The notes beneath the pieces were generated by a model, which saw only the letters and a list, made by a program, of their open reading frames with translations, was not told where the DNA came from and made no database searches. The position numbers and the translations under genes are program-made. A stretch of 63,971 nucleotides of DNA, the filler included, from Choristocarpus tenellus KU-1152 (lineage: Eukaryota > Protista > Phaeophyceae), in NCBI GenBank assembly GCA_964200185.2. It is 11 parts of 11 records of this genome, joined end to end, with 100 filler letters (N's around TTAATTAATTAA, not from the genome) between each part and the next. Parts side by side here need not be neighbours in the genome. Positions count along the whole stretch, not along the records: positions 25,113 to 31,472 come from CAXNAD020008304.1; positions 31,573 to 34,747 come from CAXNAD020021770.1; positions 34,848 to 37,714 come from CAXNAD020024084.1; positions 37,815 to 44,009 come from CAXNAD020008708.1; 7 more parts are not named here. The stretch is one strand, 5' to 3'. Below are positions 26,919 through 39,869 of this stretch, one piece after another. Numbering within the stretch: the stretch's first letter is position 1; the number at the start of each line of letters is the position of its first letter.

Positions 26919-27433
26919 CGCTGGTATGCAATGTCTCTGAACCGGGGTGGGGCGATGGAAGCCCATGGCCTTGCAGGCTCCCAGGAGCCAGTCACAAAGT
27001 CCAAGGACCTCGAATGAGGTATTGGCATCAGCATCGACCCTGACCGAGCCTTCCTCGATTGTTGCCTCCTTTACATCCCTTCATTTTGACGATATACAGG
27101 AAGAGTGATATGAGACGGGTTGAAGTGGAAACAGCAACAGGATGATGAAACAGGTTGACACACAGACCAACACACAAATTCACATGTGAGCATGTTGATA
27201 CGACACCAACCATCATAGTCATTCGATAACTTTAGCAAGACTGGATGCACATAGCAAGGACCATGCTCAACAACCGCAGCTATAAATTGGCTTTCGATCC
27301 CTTACCTCACTTGGCCCACCAACAGATCAGGTGTTAACGCCACCACACCTGGTGTTCCTGCCTCGACACTATCGGTGCGAGGACGCTTCTTGCTAGAAGA
27401 TGTTTTTCTCTTTTTAGCGAATAGGGTCGACAT
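26919..27433 (-). CDS. DDX49: DEAD-box RNA helicase DDX49/DBP8-like, first two exons only (27433-27306, 27078-26919)
   Basis: MSTLFAKKRK...SFEVLGLCDWLLGACKAMGFHRPTPVQRHCIPA is a Q motif with the DBP8-type W and CIP residues. Phase-2 junction is consistent. Later exons were not found in this contig. Confidence 0.8.
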
Positions 27434-27806
27434 CGTTCCTGAGAGACGAGTTACCTACTTTGAATCTCTAGTAACTTCTTAGTGTGTACTTCTTATTGAG
27501 TCAAGGACACCTGAGTCGGACCAAGTGTGGTCCATGGAAACGACGATAAGATGTGGTGTACCATGAGTTTTAAATCGGTAAATAATTATCTTCACCGTAT
27601 GCCGTATTCCGTATGTAGTATTCTAGTAGTATTCCTTCATATCCAATACAAGATCTAATCGTGTTCCATCCTTGTTCTTCAAAATACTCCACACACCCTT
27701 GCCAACCCTTGCAAACTTACCCTGGTCACTTCGAGTTTTTTCAAATTAGCGGAATTGAGACTGTGGTGCCTGAACCTATTTCAGTCTGCAAACCTTTGAA
27801 ATTGAC

Positions 27807-28531
27807 ATGTCAATCCCAGATGGTCCTCTACTTTACAAAATGCTCTCAAAGAGATCGACCCGTCGAGTGATCCAGAATAAAGAGAACAAAATGATTGTGA
27901 TAGATGACCTCGGTCAACTACGTACACCATTGTTTGTCACGAGATGCCGGGGATGTACCATCGTTGTACGAGGGACTTGTAGTAATATCACTGTTGAGCG
28001 TTGTGTGGACACCTCTCTTGAGGTCGACACAATAATTGCTGCTGCGGAACTCATTGGATGCACTGGGTTGAAGTTCTCGACTGCCAGGTACCCCATCTTC
28101 CAACAGTATCGATTTCCCACCTATTGCCTTTGACCTAGTCCTTACTCTTCGAATTCATGAGCTTTGTGCACTATTAACAACGTCTGCTGATCTCTATTTT
28201 GCTCCTAAGGTGTGGAACAATCACAGTCGATATGTCTACGCAGGTCAACGTGACCTGCAGCTGCCATCCGCCTATTGCAGAGCACAGTGAGTCTATCGAT
28301 GTGAATGAGATGAAAGACATGCCGGGCGACATTACTGAGGCGCGGAAGTTTCGTCTCTACACCAGCAGTAGTGAAGGGGTAAGATTGACGCTGAGGGACT
28401 TTGGGACGCAAGCAGTTGTACCAGACGCGAAGTATCCTCATGGTGATAGTCCCCGATCGGTCACCAGCCTCGCCGACGAAGACAACACTCTTCAGACTCA
28501 AAGATGCAACCAGTATGGGGACATCTTGTGA
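27807..28531 (+). CDS. Stand-alone CAP C-terminal / cofactor C-like (CARP) beta-helix protein, 200 aa; exons 27807-28087 and 28210-28531
   Basis: LFVTRCRGCTIVVRGTCSNITVERCVDTSLEVDTIIAAAELIGC...TITVDMS...LYTSSS follows the CAP_C repeat pattern. One phase-2 GT-AG intron. Confidence 0.8.
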
Positions 28532-29740
28532 ATATCTTCGCTTTGTAGATCAATTGTCCTGGTTTTGTGGCGTTGGGATTTGGTATGACATACGTGAAAT
28601 GACAACAGAGAAAAGTTTGTCAACATGTTGTCCATATAGAATCTTCTAAGTAGCTGCACCTTTGGGGACCATCTGCAGTGTACTGAACATGTTGTACACA
28701 GAACAGATTTGCGTTCAAACTATCGTTTTAATGCATTACTTGATAAGACACCTCCAAACAACATGTGTTCATGTGAAATGCTCTCGAAAATATTCATGAA
28801 GTGAGACCAAAGAAGACCACTTGATGCATGTATGCATATGTATATATAACCTACGTCGCAGGATGAGATACCTTCATCATAAAACACTAAACTGTTGCGC
28901 ACTAGAAAAAGGCATTTTTAACCCAACAAAGACCACACTGTAGTGTTTGTAGTACTGCACACTCCCCATCCACTCAATATTTCCACTCAGCTTAGTTGGC
29001 GTGAGCTATTTATGTAATGCATGGGAGGTGTAGGGGGTGAAGAATGGTACTACAAGCCCCAGACGAAGAGACCACAGGCTTAGCAGTTAAAAAATCCATC
29101 AACTGGTACGGTGAGACAAAGCTGCCTTCCAGAGGTACGCGAGCTGGTTGTTGTGATGCATTGTGATTCAGCCCAATCGATAGTACAAGTGTACTGTTTG
29201 TGCACGGAGAGTCACTTAACAGGAGCGTGACATGTTCCACTATTTTCACCAGCACTGAACAGACAATAGTATGATCATCTGAGTTTAGTAAGGGACAGGT
29301 AGGAAGGACAAGAGAGGTATTATGTCCATCTACATAACAAGTGATCACAATCTGCAACAGTCGAAGTTAAAGTGCGGACAAATGCATCAACCTCGCTTTT
29401 TACCAAGTGTTTAGAAGTATATCCCTCCGGATAGCTCCATAGCATACCTCAAAATGCTTAACAACCTTAGCAAGTATTAAGTTCAATCCAACATCAATCC
29501 ACTATAGAAGTGGTGGTCCAAGTGAACAGTAGTGATGACCTTCTCTTACCGCTTGGGAAACGTTATTGTACGTGTCTTCAAACCTTCAATAAGCATTTTC
29601 GTGCTATTATTGTATGATCCTTTTTTGGAATGTGTTACTTATTCAACCTCTTCAGTCGGATTTTTTGAAGAGGGGAGCTTCCATTTCTTGCGCAAAGTGT
29701 TTCGGAAACTCTCCGAAGAAAGTTATTATGAAATAGAGGA

Positions 29741-29893
29741 GGCTACCAATTTAAACTACCAGAGATAAGTCAATAGGGATAGGGTTAGGGCTACCAATGA
29801 GAACTGCCAGAGATGATACAATAGGGATAGGGCTAGGGCTACCGATGAGAACTGCAAGATAAGTTACAACAAGGATTGTGCTAGGGTTAGGGT
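29741..29893. repeat. Minisatellite, about 3 x 48 bp, containing degenerate TTAGGG units
   Basis: ggctacc... units start at 29741, 29789 and 29837. Confidence 0.85.
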
Positions 29894-30818
29894 TTTTAAA
29901 TCCTCATGATCACAATATATTAGTTCGTGGAAAACGTCTAAACGCCTTTCAAGGGGATTATTTTCGAAATTCCAAGGAGCAACAGGAAGGTGAGGAGAAC
30001 ACTTAAAAAGGGCAGGGTATTCTGCCCACCTATTGAAACACCAGTAATTATCAAACTTGGTACGTTTTTGCGAACTGAATAAGTAACAACTGGCGAGGTG
30101 AGATACCAGATTTTGTACATCATCATGTGTTCAATTCCTGTTCGATTTGACGCCCCCAACATCAGCTGTTGGAGTCAAGTCTTCTCCACACACCCTATGA
30201 ACAGTTTAGTCAAGGCAACCTCCAAACACCAGTTTCCGTAATCCCGGTGGAAAATCACCTCATCCTCTGCCCGGTCAATATTTTATTCCTCGAAGGAACC
30301 GTTACAAAACTATTGGGTAACTCTTATGTACCCTACAGTGCAAAACCAACTAATTTTCCTGTCCTCCAATTACTCTGTTTTCCTTCCATCCGTCCGTCCC
30401 TCCACCTAGATGTATGTACCTCCAAGTTGCAAAACACTCCCCAAGCTTACCTTGATGGGATATGCAGCTCCAATCGATAAGGCTGCATGTAGACCACCAT
30501 AAAGTTCATACAAGGCTCCTTAATACAAACGTCGTCAAAAAATATGCTGTATCTCTCACTTCGATTATTCACTTCGTAAGTGTCATCATCCTATACAAAG
30601 GACTGGGCAACGACGTAGAGCGTCAATGGCGTACTATAATGACTGAATAATAAATAAATAGTACAAGAACATAAATGGGTGCAGGACTAAGCTAGGTTAG
30701 AGGCACAGGAAGGCAGTGGTACAGTATAGCTGGTAGTAACATAGTACTAGTAAAGATATTAATGTCTTTCACGTTTATGACAACTGTTACTTTTTTAGGG
30801 GTTATTCTGACATGTTAA

Positions 30819-30880
30819 TAGTTTTCATTGGCTTTTCCCCTGACCCACCTAGTTTTCATTGACTTTTCCCCTGACCCACC
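30819..30880. repeat. Tandem duplication, 2 x 31 bp
   Basis: tagttttcattg(g/a)cttttcccctgacccacc occurs twice. Confidence 0.9.
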
Positions 30881-30898
30881 TGCAAAATGTCAGAGGGC

Positions 30899-31000
30899 AT
30901 AATAATAATAATAATAATATTGATAATAATAATAGTAATAGTAATAGTAATAGTAATAATATTGATAATAGTAATGATAATAATAATGATAATAATAATG

Positions 31001-31039
<39 letters not shown>

Positions 31040-31060
31040 GTAATAATAATAGTAATAATA

Positions 31061-31133
<73 letters not shown>
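30899..31133. repeat. (AAT)n microsatellite
   Basis: About 235 bp of aat with occasional agt/gat variants. Confidence 0.97.
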
Positions 31134-31134
<1 letters not shown>

Positions 31135-31869
31135 CATATAAAATCTAAGACGTCAAGGTCATAATGACGTTAATGAAAGTGTAATCAAGACATATCGCCT
31201 ATAAAACTTTGGGATTATGCACTCTTGCTAAAACATGAAAAATTAACAACTGTGTAGTACCGACTTTCCAGAGGTGTTTCTAGGTTGATTTAAACATCAA
31301 GCAATTATGTCCGTCCGTCCACCCATCCATCTATCTTACCGAACTTCGAAATATGCTAGCGCCGACTCTATAGAGAGCTGTTTCTTCTCTTACCGAGTTG
31401 TTTGGGTCAAAGTATCTGGGGGGGGTGTCGGCGTCCGTTTTTCACCCTTTTTTCGATTTCATTTTTTTGGTGNNNNNNNNNNNNNNNNNNNNNNNNNNNN
31501 NNNNNNNNNNNNNNNNTTAATTAATTAANNNNNNNNNNNNNNNNNNNNNNNNNNNNNNNNNNNNNNNNNNNNCGTTTTCGCAAAACAACCATCCTCATAG
31601 TCCCGTGCCTTCCTCAATTTTGAGGATCCCCTGTTCCTGGTGCTTCGTCCTTTGACTGTCAACTGTAATCTTAAACTTCTCATGTCCTTAAACATTATAC
31701 ACCAATTTTCTTCCATCTACCTTGCTTCCGTTTCCCTGACGTTTCCATTTCCCTGACTGACACAAGGTCACACGGTCATCAAATATCAATACCTTGGGGA
31801 GCTGGTCATCCACCACGCATGGAACTGATGCTTGAGAGATAAAATACGTAGTACAAGAAATAAATATTG

Positions 31870-31941
31870 TGGACACGCCGGGGATTGAACCCGGGGCCTC
31901 ACGCTTGCGAAGCGTGCGATCTACCACTGATCTACGCGCCC
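31870..31941 (-). tRNA. trnA-CGC: tRNA-Ala, anticodon CGC
   Basis: GGGCGCGTAGATCAGTGGTAGATCGCACGCTTCGCAAGCGTGAGGCCCCGGGTTCAATCCCCGGCGTGTCCA folds as a cloverleaf with the G3:U70 alanine determinant, anticodon arm CACGC-TTCGCAA-GCGTG and T-loop TTCAATC. Confidence 0.97.
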
Positions 31942-33723
31942 AACTTTCTCATAGATAAGTAGTGCGAGCATTTCTTATTCTCTTCCAACGAAGTGTGAGC
32001 AGTTGTTACACGCGAATAGCGCGAGCATTTCATCCCATGTTTTAGCAAACACGAATATTTGTGACAGACGCATAGTGCGGCGAGTATTTTTTCTCGCGTT
32101 CCAACAAGTGCGAACAATTATGCGATGTTAGTAACACATAGGTAGCCTTATAGAATAAGTGATGATTTCATAGATGATCCAGAGTAAGATTCGGAATGCA
32201 TACGTTACATTTGTCAAAGTCCCTAAGAAGTTGCAGGATAAAGGTTTATGATTGGAGTACGTGTAGAGCAGTTGCATAGAAAACCAAAGAAATTGGGTGG
32301 ATGATGAAAATAATGAGAGGGCTTTTGGTCAAACGATCATCCCTTTTACCTTCAGTCTTATATTTTATCTTGAACGAAACTTTGAGTCGAGCTTTGAGCT
32401 AAGCACTGAGTGGAATATATATCAAGAAGAGAAGGACACCTGACACCCTACAAACTGTTGTAAAGGGCAACGCCCCCATGGCGTCGTTTTAAGGTCGTTG
32501 GATTTGAGTTGTACATCCTTGTTCACTACCCCCGCTCCACTACGTACCGCACAGATGAGTTGTTCGAGTCGTACAGATCACTTCTGCTTTTGTGGACTAG
32601 TTTAGTTGGTAAATGACCCACCTTTGTGCAACAATGATCTAGGAAGGATGCCTATTAAGATTAAAGATAAAAAGCTCTTTATCGCGTGTATATGCCTCAA
32701 GCAAAGAAGCGGCAGAGTGGTAGACGTTTTTATCTCACTGCCAAGACAGCGATAAAATGAACAAGAGGGAGAACCATTGGCGAACCTTTCTGTAGATTGT
32801 GACTTATGCGGAGACCAGGGCAGAAGAAGGAAGGAATATGAAAGTACTGCTGCAGAGTTTCCATCCTCAGAGTGTAAGCCCACAAGTTGTTCATTGCAAT
32901 GAATGTGATGCCTTTCTATTCAAATACGATGCACCCCAATCGCTGAATAAGCTCAGTGTCACTGAAGACAACTGGACGAAGCATCGCCAACCTTTGCATG
33001 GTATGAAGACTACGGGCGCTGTACACGGAACCAGTGTCAAGTTGAACTTCCAGGAGGAGATTACTCCAAGACGGTTATGACCAGGGAATAAGGTCGCTCC
33101 GCTGAGGTTATTGGTGGAATGGACCTGCAAGTAGATGACCCATAAAGCAAACCGGAATAATGCTGTTCATGCGTGATCCTGGACCGAGCATTTTACCCAA
33201 ACCCACCCACCTGTCTGTATGTAACACTACTTCATATATCTGTTATCTTGTTGGGTACTACTTCAAGATGCATGAACTTTGATTAGTGATCTTGTTGTAA
33301 TGATGACTTGAGAATGCTGAAATAAGACTCCAAACCACTCAAAGTCCATACAACAGTACAATTACACACAGCTTCCCTACATCATGTGTTCTTTCCACGT
33401 CCTCCTTGACTGTATCAGCTCTGTACACTGCTGCTTTGTCTTTTTGGTTGTGAAAAGGTGGTAATTCCCCCACTTGTTGAGCACAAATTAAGACATTCCA
33501 CTGCATAGAAGCGCATACTCTTCAAAATTGAGCCAATCACTCTTTACTCTTTGAACTATAATGTCCGTCAGATTGGATACTGAATCACGATTGGATAAGA
33601 GAGTCGTATGTCTGGTTGGCGGGAATATTTAATTTTACTTCAAAATCATCAGGCCAACAGTTTTTTGGTGCTCTTTGGTACTCTCTCTGTCCCATAATTC
33701 TGGGCCGTTAAGTTGTAGCTCTT

Positions 33724-34747
33724 TAGGATGACCTCCGATTACAAAGCGAACCTTTGTGTTGGATTCCTTGGAATATTTAAAACAAAAAATACCGTGTCTC
33801 GCCTTTATTCGACACCGTCAACCCACCAATCCAGGGCCACTGCGGAGGCCGCTCGGTCTACTTCAATTGATCTGGCCAACCCGCCCTCCCCCTGCCTTTT
33901 TTTTGTGGTTCCGGTGTGCTCTACCTCGAAATCATTCCCTCCAGCGCCATTAACCCCTGATTGTACCTCTTGAGTAGACTCTGCCACAGCCTCTCAAGCG
34001 TGTCTGCGTCGTATGTGTGGAACATGCTTGAAACTCCCTTCACAAGTGCATCAACGGTGCCGTAATGCTCTGCCCAAACCCTGTTCTTCAGAGAAGCAAA
34101 ATCCCCCGAATCATTGATGTTGAGATCTGGTGATTGTGCTAGCTGCAATCACGAGCTTAATGTTCCACCCCTCCACCATCCCTGCTGCGTTCAGCTTCTG
34201 CACCATTCCCTTGCCCGTAGTCTTCATACCATTCCCTTCTGGGGGGGGGGTCTATGCCAGGGTGTCCATTTGCCGCAAACCAGGAAAGGTGCGCCTACAT
34301 TATCCATCCGACGCATGAAACCAAATCACTCAAAAATTGTGACATGAAAAAATTAACCCAAAATGGACAGCCGCCACCCTCCCCCCCCCAGATACTTTGA
34401 GCCAGATGCTGATCTTGCCATCGAAATCATGGGAAGGATCTGGGCGCGAAATGGTGGAGACGAACATCACTTTGGGAATGTGACTCTTGTGCTGCGCCTT
34501 TGTCGAGCCCATTTTTTCCTCCCCCGGGAACATGTGCACCATCTCTTGTTCACGAATGAGATAGAACCATGCCTCGTTGATGCGAATGGTGTGGAGGTCA
34601 GTCCTGTACTCCAGAGGAGTAGGTTTTGAGGTTGCAGGAGATCTGGTCTAGGATGAAGTCCGCCCTCTTCTTGTGACGAAATCAAAGGCTAGGGTGTTCG
34701 ATTAGACTCTTCCAACTCTATCGGACAGTTACGGTCAAATGTGTATG
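33724..34747 (-). mobile_element. Degenerate mariner-like (DD39D type) transposon interrupted by a MITE
   Basis: HKSHIPKVMFVSTISRP...FDGKISIW, then QSPDLNIND...SLK and GGNDFEVEH. The segment holding the second catalytic Asp is missing at the MITE junction. Confidence 0.88.
34239..34403. mobile_element. G-tract MITE (family A), left TIR truncated
   Basis: Homologous along its length to 39630-39806; ends ccccccccagatactttgagcc. Confidence 0.8.
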
Positions 34748-34960
34748 NNNNNNNNNNNNNNNNNNNNNNNNNNNNNNNNNNNNNNNNNNNNTTAATTAAT
34801 TAANNNNNNNNNNNNNNNNNNNNNNNNNNNNNNNNNNNNNNNNNNNNCATGATGTCCAGATACTTCTCGCCGAGTGAATTTTGTAGCCGGGTCAAAGTAT
34901 CTGGGGGGGGGGGGTGTTGAAAAGCTTGGCGCACGTAAGGCTCGTCGCCGAAAGCTAGCA

Positions 34961-37714
34961 GTTGAAATACATGGTAAAGCATACACTGAATTATTAATTA
35001 TCCACAGGGTATTGTCCACTTGATGCTATTGTCCCATTATACCATTTGTAATATCCCATTGACCCACGATAACGTACCACTGTGTACGTCACTACCTTGT
35101 ACTGTACTAAACTAAAGATCAACGTACACATAAGCTATGTTAATTACTTGAATAAGCACAGATAACGTAAGGATAACACTAGGTTATTCGACATCCTCCC
35201 CTCCTTGCTGAAAACAAGTACTAACCCTCAAACAATCACAAAAAAAATCACGCATGTTGTCTCTCACATGTTCATCAAAAACTTTATATATATATATATG
35301 TTGTCTAAAACCTCGAACTGGCAAATTCTTCAAGACATCTGCCCTCTGATTTGCAGTACCAACAAAAACAACACGAATCTCTCCTTTTCTAGACAAATCC
35401 CTCAGAAAATGACGCAGGACATCGATATGCTTTGTTCTAGTCGAGCTTGTGGCATTTCATACTAGTTTGCATGCACCATCGTTATCCTCAAGCAAGTCAA
35501 TGCAACGTCTAGGAAACTGTGACTGAATAAACTCAAAAACACTTCTCAAGAAAAGTAATTCCTGTGCCACACTACTAAGTGCTATGTATTCACTATCTGT
35601 GGAAGACAGAGCTACAACTCTTTGTACCTTTGACATCCAAGATATTGCTCCTCCTGCAAACATAATTGCTCCTCCAGTCACTGATCGACGATCATTCCAG
35701 TCTCCAGCATAACTAGCATCAGCATACGCACTCAACTCACACTCAGTATCAAAACCACCAAACCTCAATCCAACACTGGGACATGTATTCAAATATGCTA
35801 AAATGCATTTCACTGCACGCCAATGTGTGACTTTGGGATTGCTATTGTACTTGGCAACTTCACGTACTGCATTTGCAATGTCAAGCCTGGTCATAACAGA
35901 TGCCCATATCAAACTACCAACTGCCTCTCTGTACGGTGTATTTTCATCAACACTTGGATCATTCTCACTCTTATCTAGAGTCCTTGAGAGATCATGGGGT
36001 ACCGACCTCTTCTTTGCCCCATCCATACCAAATCTTTGACAAACACTCTTCATGTACCTAGTCTGACTGATGGTGACAATCTGTGCAGTTCTGTCACGTG
36101 AAATCTCTCACAACCCATATAATACTCAACATCACATACGTGGGGGTCTATCACAACACAAACAACGCCATCTCTTATATAGGGTAACAAACAAGGGTCT
36201 GCTTTGCATTGCTCGAAACCACACTTTTCCAAAACATGCACCAACAGATTATTAAACTCTCTGCTTGCCTGTTCGGTGCCATAAAGTGCCTTGATCAAAC
36301 GCACAATCTTTCCAGACCATATACCACATCCATCACATAAACGAACAAAAATCTCTTCATTAAATATCTGCTTGTATAAATGCCTGTTTCACATCCCAAT
36401 GTTTTAATTCCAATCCTTGTCTGCAGCTACCACTAAAACCGTTGTCAAAGATGCAGGGGACGGTGTTGGTGCAAAGTTATCTTGGTAATCTAAGCCCCTA
36501 ATCTGTCGAAAACCTTTTGCTACCAAACGTGCCTTGTATCTAACTACCTCACCAAATTTGTTAGTCTTACGCTTGTAAATCCATTTAGTGTCTATAGCCC
36601 TGCGTCCAGGGGGTAATACGGCCTCCACCCAAACCGTATTCAACAACAAACCAGACATCTCTTCTGCTCTAGCTCGATCCCATAAATCACATTCGGGAGA
36701 GCTACATGCTCTGCTCTTACAGTCTTGGGTTCTGTAGGGAGCTCATCCGCTAACACTCGAATAGTATCATCACTCGCACACATCACAAGGGTAGTCTCTA
36801 TGGAAACAGACAAACAAGTCATAAAAAAATTGGAAATGTCAAAAACTGCAGCTTTTTCGGAAGTAGGATGATTTCCTGATCTTGTGCGGTGGGGAAGGAT
36901 GTTATCTTCACCATTGCCAATGCTGGGTCGTCGCAATTCCCTTTCACATTGGCTGTCCTTGGCCTCATCCACCCCATTATCATCACCAGCATTGCTATCC
37001 ACTTCCTTATCCCTACTAGCAGAATGTGAAGAGAGAAGATTGAAAGCTACTTTCGGGACAAATACAACAGACATCAGAGTAATGTGCACCCACTCATCGT
37101 GGCCAACATTGAAATTTAAATCAATCTTGCCATACCCCATAATGGGTATTGATGTGCCGTCAGCCACGGTCATGTCGTGGCCTTGTGGACATGTGAAAAC
37201 TCCACATTTCGAGAGCATTCAATCTCACCTTGCCATAATCAGCTACAGTGGTTAACATGGTCTTGAACTTCCTTCATTCCCTAGCTGGTTCATCTGGTTC
37301 AGCTAGTATTCCCGCCGACTCTAACGGATTCGCCCTCTGGCGATATGAACTTACTACCGACTTTGGTGGTCCTGCCCTCCTCTGAGGGCAAACAGCTTGC
37401 TGGTGGCCAATCTTCCCGCAGCTGTAACACGATCCTCTGAATGTAAGGGAACCGAAATGCTTCACCAATCCACACATATCACAAGTCTCTCGGGCCTTGA
37501 TAAGCTCCCTGAAACGGGATCCTGTCGTCCCAGGGTCAATACGGTGACCAGTCGTACCCCGGCTGCCACCTCGGTCAACCTTTTTCATGGTCATCGCGGC
37601 TAGAGCGCTCCCGGGATCTCCGGGATCTCCTATTTCTCGTTGAAGTGAGAAATAACGCGAACGAGCGGCTTGTTGAATCGTGGCCCCCGAAAGCTCACTC
37701 TTCTTATGGTGCTG
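34961..37714 (-). mobile_element. Degenerate Ty1/copia LTR retrotransposon lacking integrase; PPT 35194-35205, 3' LTR about 35193-34961
   Basis: Gag knuckle CYSCGKIGHQQAVC; protease region TVADG...VVFVPKVAFNLLS; RT KWIYKRK...YKARLVAKGFRQ, KALYG and YREAVGSL; RNase H YADASYAGD...RRSVTG, SEYIAL and KHIDV. Polypurine tract AGGAGGGGAGGA is followed directly by TGT. Confidence 0.93.
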
Positions 37715-38149
37715 NNNNNNNNNNNNNNNNNNNNNNNNNNNNNNNNNNNNNNNNNNNNTTAATTAATTAANNNNNNNNNNNNNNNNNNNNNNNNNNNNNN
37801 NNNNNNNNNNNNNNCCCCAAATAGCCGCGACTCTGCCCTCTAAGATACTTTGGATCTTTGCACACCAATGGTTTGGTATCTCCAACTTCTTGCAAGATGA
37901 AGTACATTCACGTTTGTTCCTGGACTTGGGGTTGGATGTATAAAGTTGATTAACGATCTCTCCCAGCCTGCATTCATTCGAGATATCAACACAAATTCGA
38001 TCAACTGAAGCCTGTCCTCCCTCGCCCTTGCGCTTTGATGATAAAATATCATCCGTCCAAGAAACACGGACAAAGTCCATTTCCGGCGCTCAACAAGGAA
38101 ATGTGATATTGTTAAGGCTCAAACATTGCACATCCTGTGCATGTGTATG

Positions 38150-38375
38150 AACGACGAGAAAGACCGTCAAAACAGCACTCAAGGAGGCAGCAGGATAGGC
38201 GATGGTCAGGTCAGAAACCTTGAGTAAATGGGAAAGAGACTTCCTAAGTATGGGCCACATCAAGGTGTCGGAGCAAGGACGCTATGACAGGCGTTTCGTT
38301 CTGGGCCTCAACGAGGATATCCTTGCCAAGGTCAAAGAGTGAGTGCACGGACACAAAGGAAGAAAGGGTTGGGAG
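38150..38375 (+). pseudogene. Possible N-terminal fragment of an IS630/Tc1-superfamily transposase
   Basis: TLSKWERDFLSMGHIKVSEQGRYDRRFVLGLNEDILAKVKE resembles the W..F...G.I..S.QG....L..ED pattern of such transposases. Flanked by stops. Confidence 0.3.
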
Positions 38376-39629
38376 GTTTTTTCCCGCTTAAACCCTATTC
38401 ATGAATCAAGTAATAGTGCATCAGTTACCACTCTTGGTAACCTAGGGTTCGAACCCCAATATGAGTGCTCTTTCTTCAAAAAAAAAAAAATGGTGAAAAA
38501 AAGCCGAAGCCCGTTCTCTGAAGGGTTTTGTGATGAGCACCACGAATATGCTTTTTTTTTTCAAAACCAGATGTCTACATCAAAAGTTAAGACGGCACAA
38601 CCCCAGAAGGCGAAGCTACTACTACCGCTATTGCGACAATAATCTAGCTTTGTCCTTCCAAAACCTTCTACCCAACAAGGTAATGGAATGGACAACAACC
38701 ACTTCGTATTGCAAAAAGGTGTTTCCACATAGATAACTCTAATATAATCTAACAATGCAGATAATTCATGAGGTATTTTGCCAAATGAGCTGTAATCGCA
38801 GGTGCTGAAAGCAAGGACAGTCTTGTAGTCCGTCATTTTATTCATACCATGACCAGCAGGGTTATCAAGCTACACGGAACAACAGTAGCAAACATTTTCT
38901 AAAAGTAATTCTGAACACTAGAAAACATTTATTGATATCTCCAATAATAGAAGGCCAACACATTTAGTCATCGAGAAGGTTGTAAAGATGGAAAAGAGTG
39001 TTTTCATCCTTGAACATAACGCTTAAGCTATGGACCTTAATGTTGATGTTTGATATTCCCAAAATTATCATAACATAAAAACCTCAAATATGTTTTTTAT
39101 TCAGTGCTTGAACGGAACAGGAATATATAATCATATCTCATGTTCTACTACACGACAAAGATTCCATCTCGTCCTCACAGCAGATTCTCCTGAAAGCACC
39201 AGTCAATGCAAAACCAAGACAACACATTGATCTCTAAAAGCCTTGCAAGTCTGCTGAGCACACACACCTGCAACACATAACAATAGATAATGCTTCAGAT
39301 TGACAAGGTTCTTCAAACTAACAATGACATGTAATATGCAAACAACCTTTTCTTTCCAGGTACACAACTAAAGATTCCAATTGTAACACATGTCACACCA
39401 GGTTTCAATAGATGACTTTTGTGACATGTTAGCAGGCACTGTAATACCCTCCCTCTAACAAGATCAGAAAAAACTAAATTAAAAAGAATTGAAAAAAATC
39501 AACCTAAACCATTGGATACCAAAATGGAAAGAAAATAGAACTACAACTAAAATATAGATGGTGTATCGATACATATGGTGTGATCTACACTTTCTATTTT
39601 CTCAACCAGTGTTTGGTATCATGTGTTTT

Positions 39630-39806
39630 GACCCAAAAGTATCTCGAGGGGGCAGGGGCAACACCAAGGTGTCCATTTGGATCATAATCAGCAAGAGTGC
39701 ACTTTCATTATCCATCTGACATACGGGATCAAATCACCCAAAAATCGCGACATGAAGAAATTGGCACCAAAGGGACAGTCGCCACCCCACCCTGATACTT
39801 TGAGCC
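39630..39806. mobile_element. G-tract MITE (family A), both termini present
   Basis: Imperfect TIRs gacccaaaagtatctcgaggggg and ccaccctgatactttgagcc; internal similarity to 34239-34403. Confidence 0.8.
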
Positions 39807-39869
39807 TGTGACTATCCTTACATACGTTTCATAATAGGGCTAATCTTTACAAATAGTCATCCATCATTG

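Noticed and set aside
29741-29893. Regularly spaced repeats as a possible CRISPR array
   Set aside because: Whole units are similar with no unique spacers, there are no cas genes, and the context is eukaryotic.
29000-30600. Minus-strand exon-like fragments
   Set aside because: In-frame stops in the frames examined and no recognisable family.
30856-31164. Poly-Ile and poly-Asn ORFs
   Set aside because: They are translations of the (AAT)n microsatellite.
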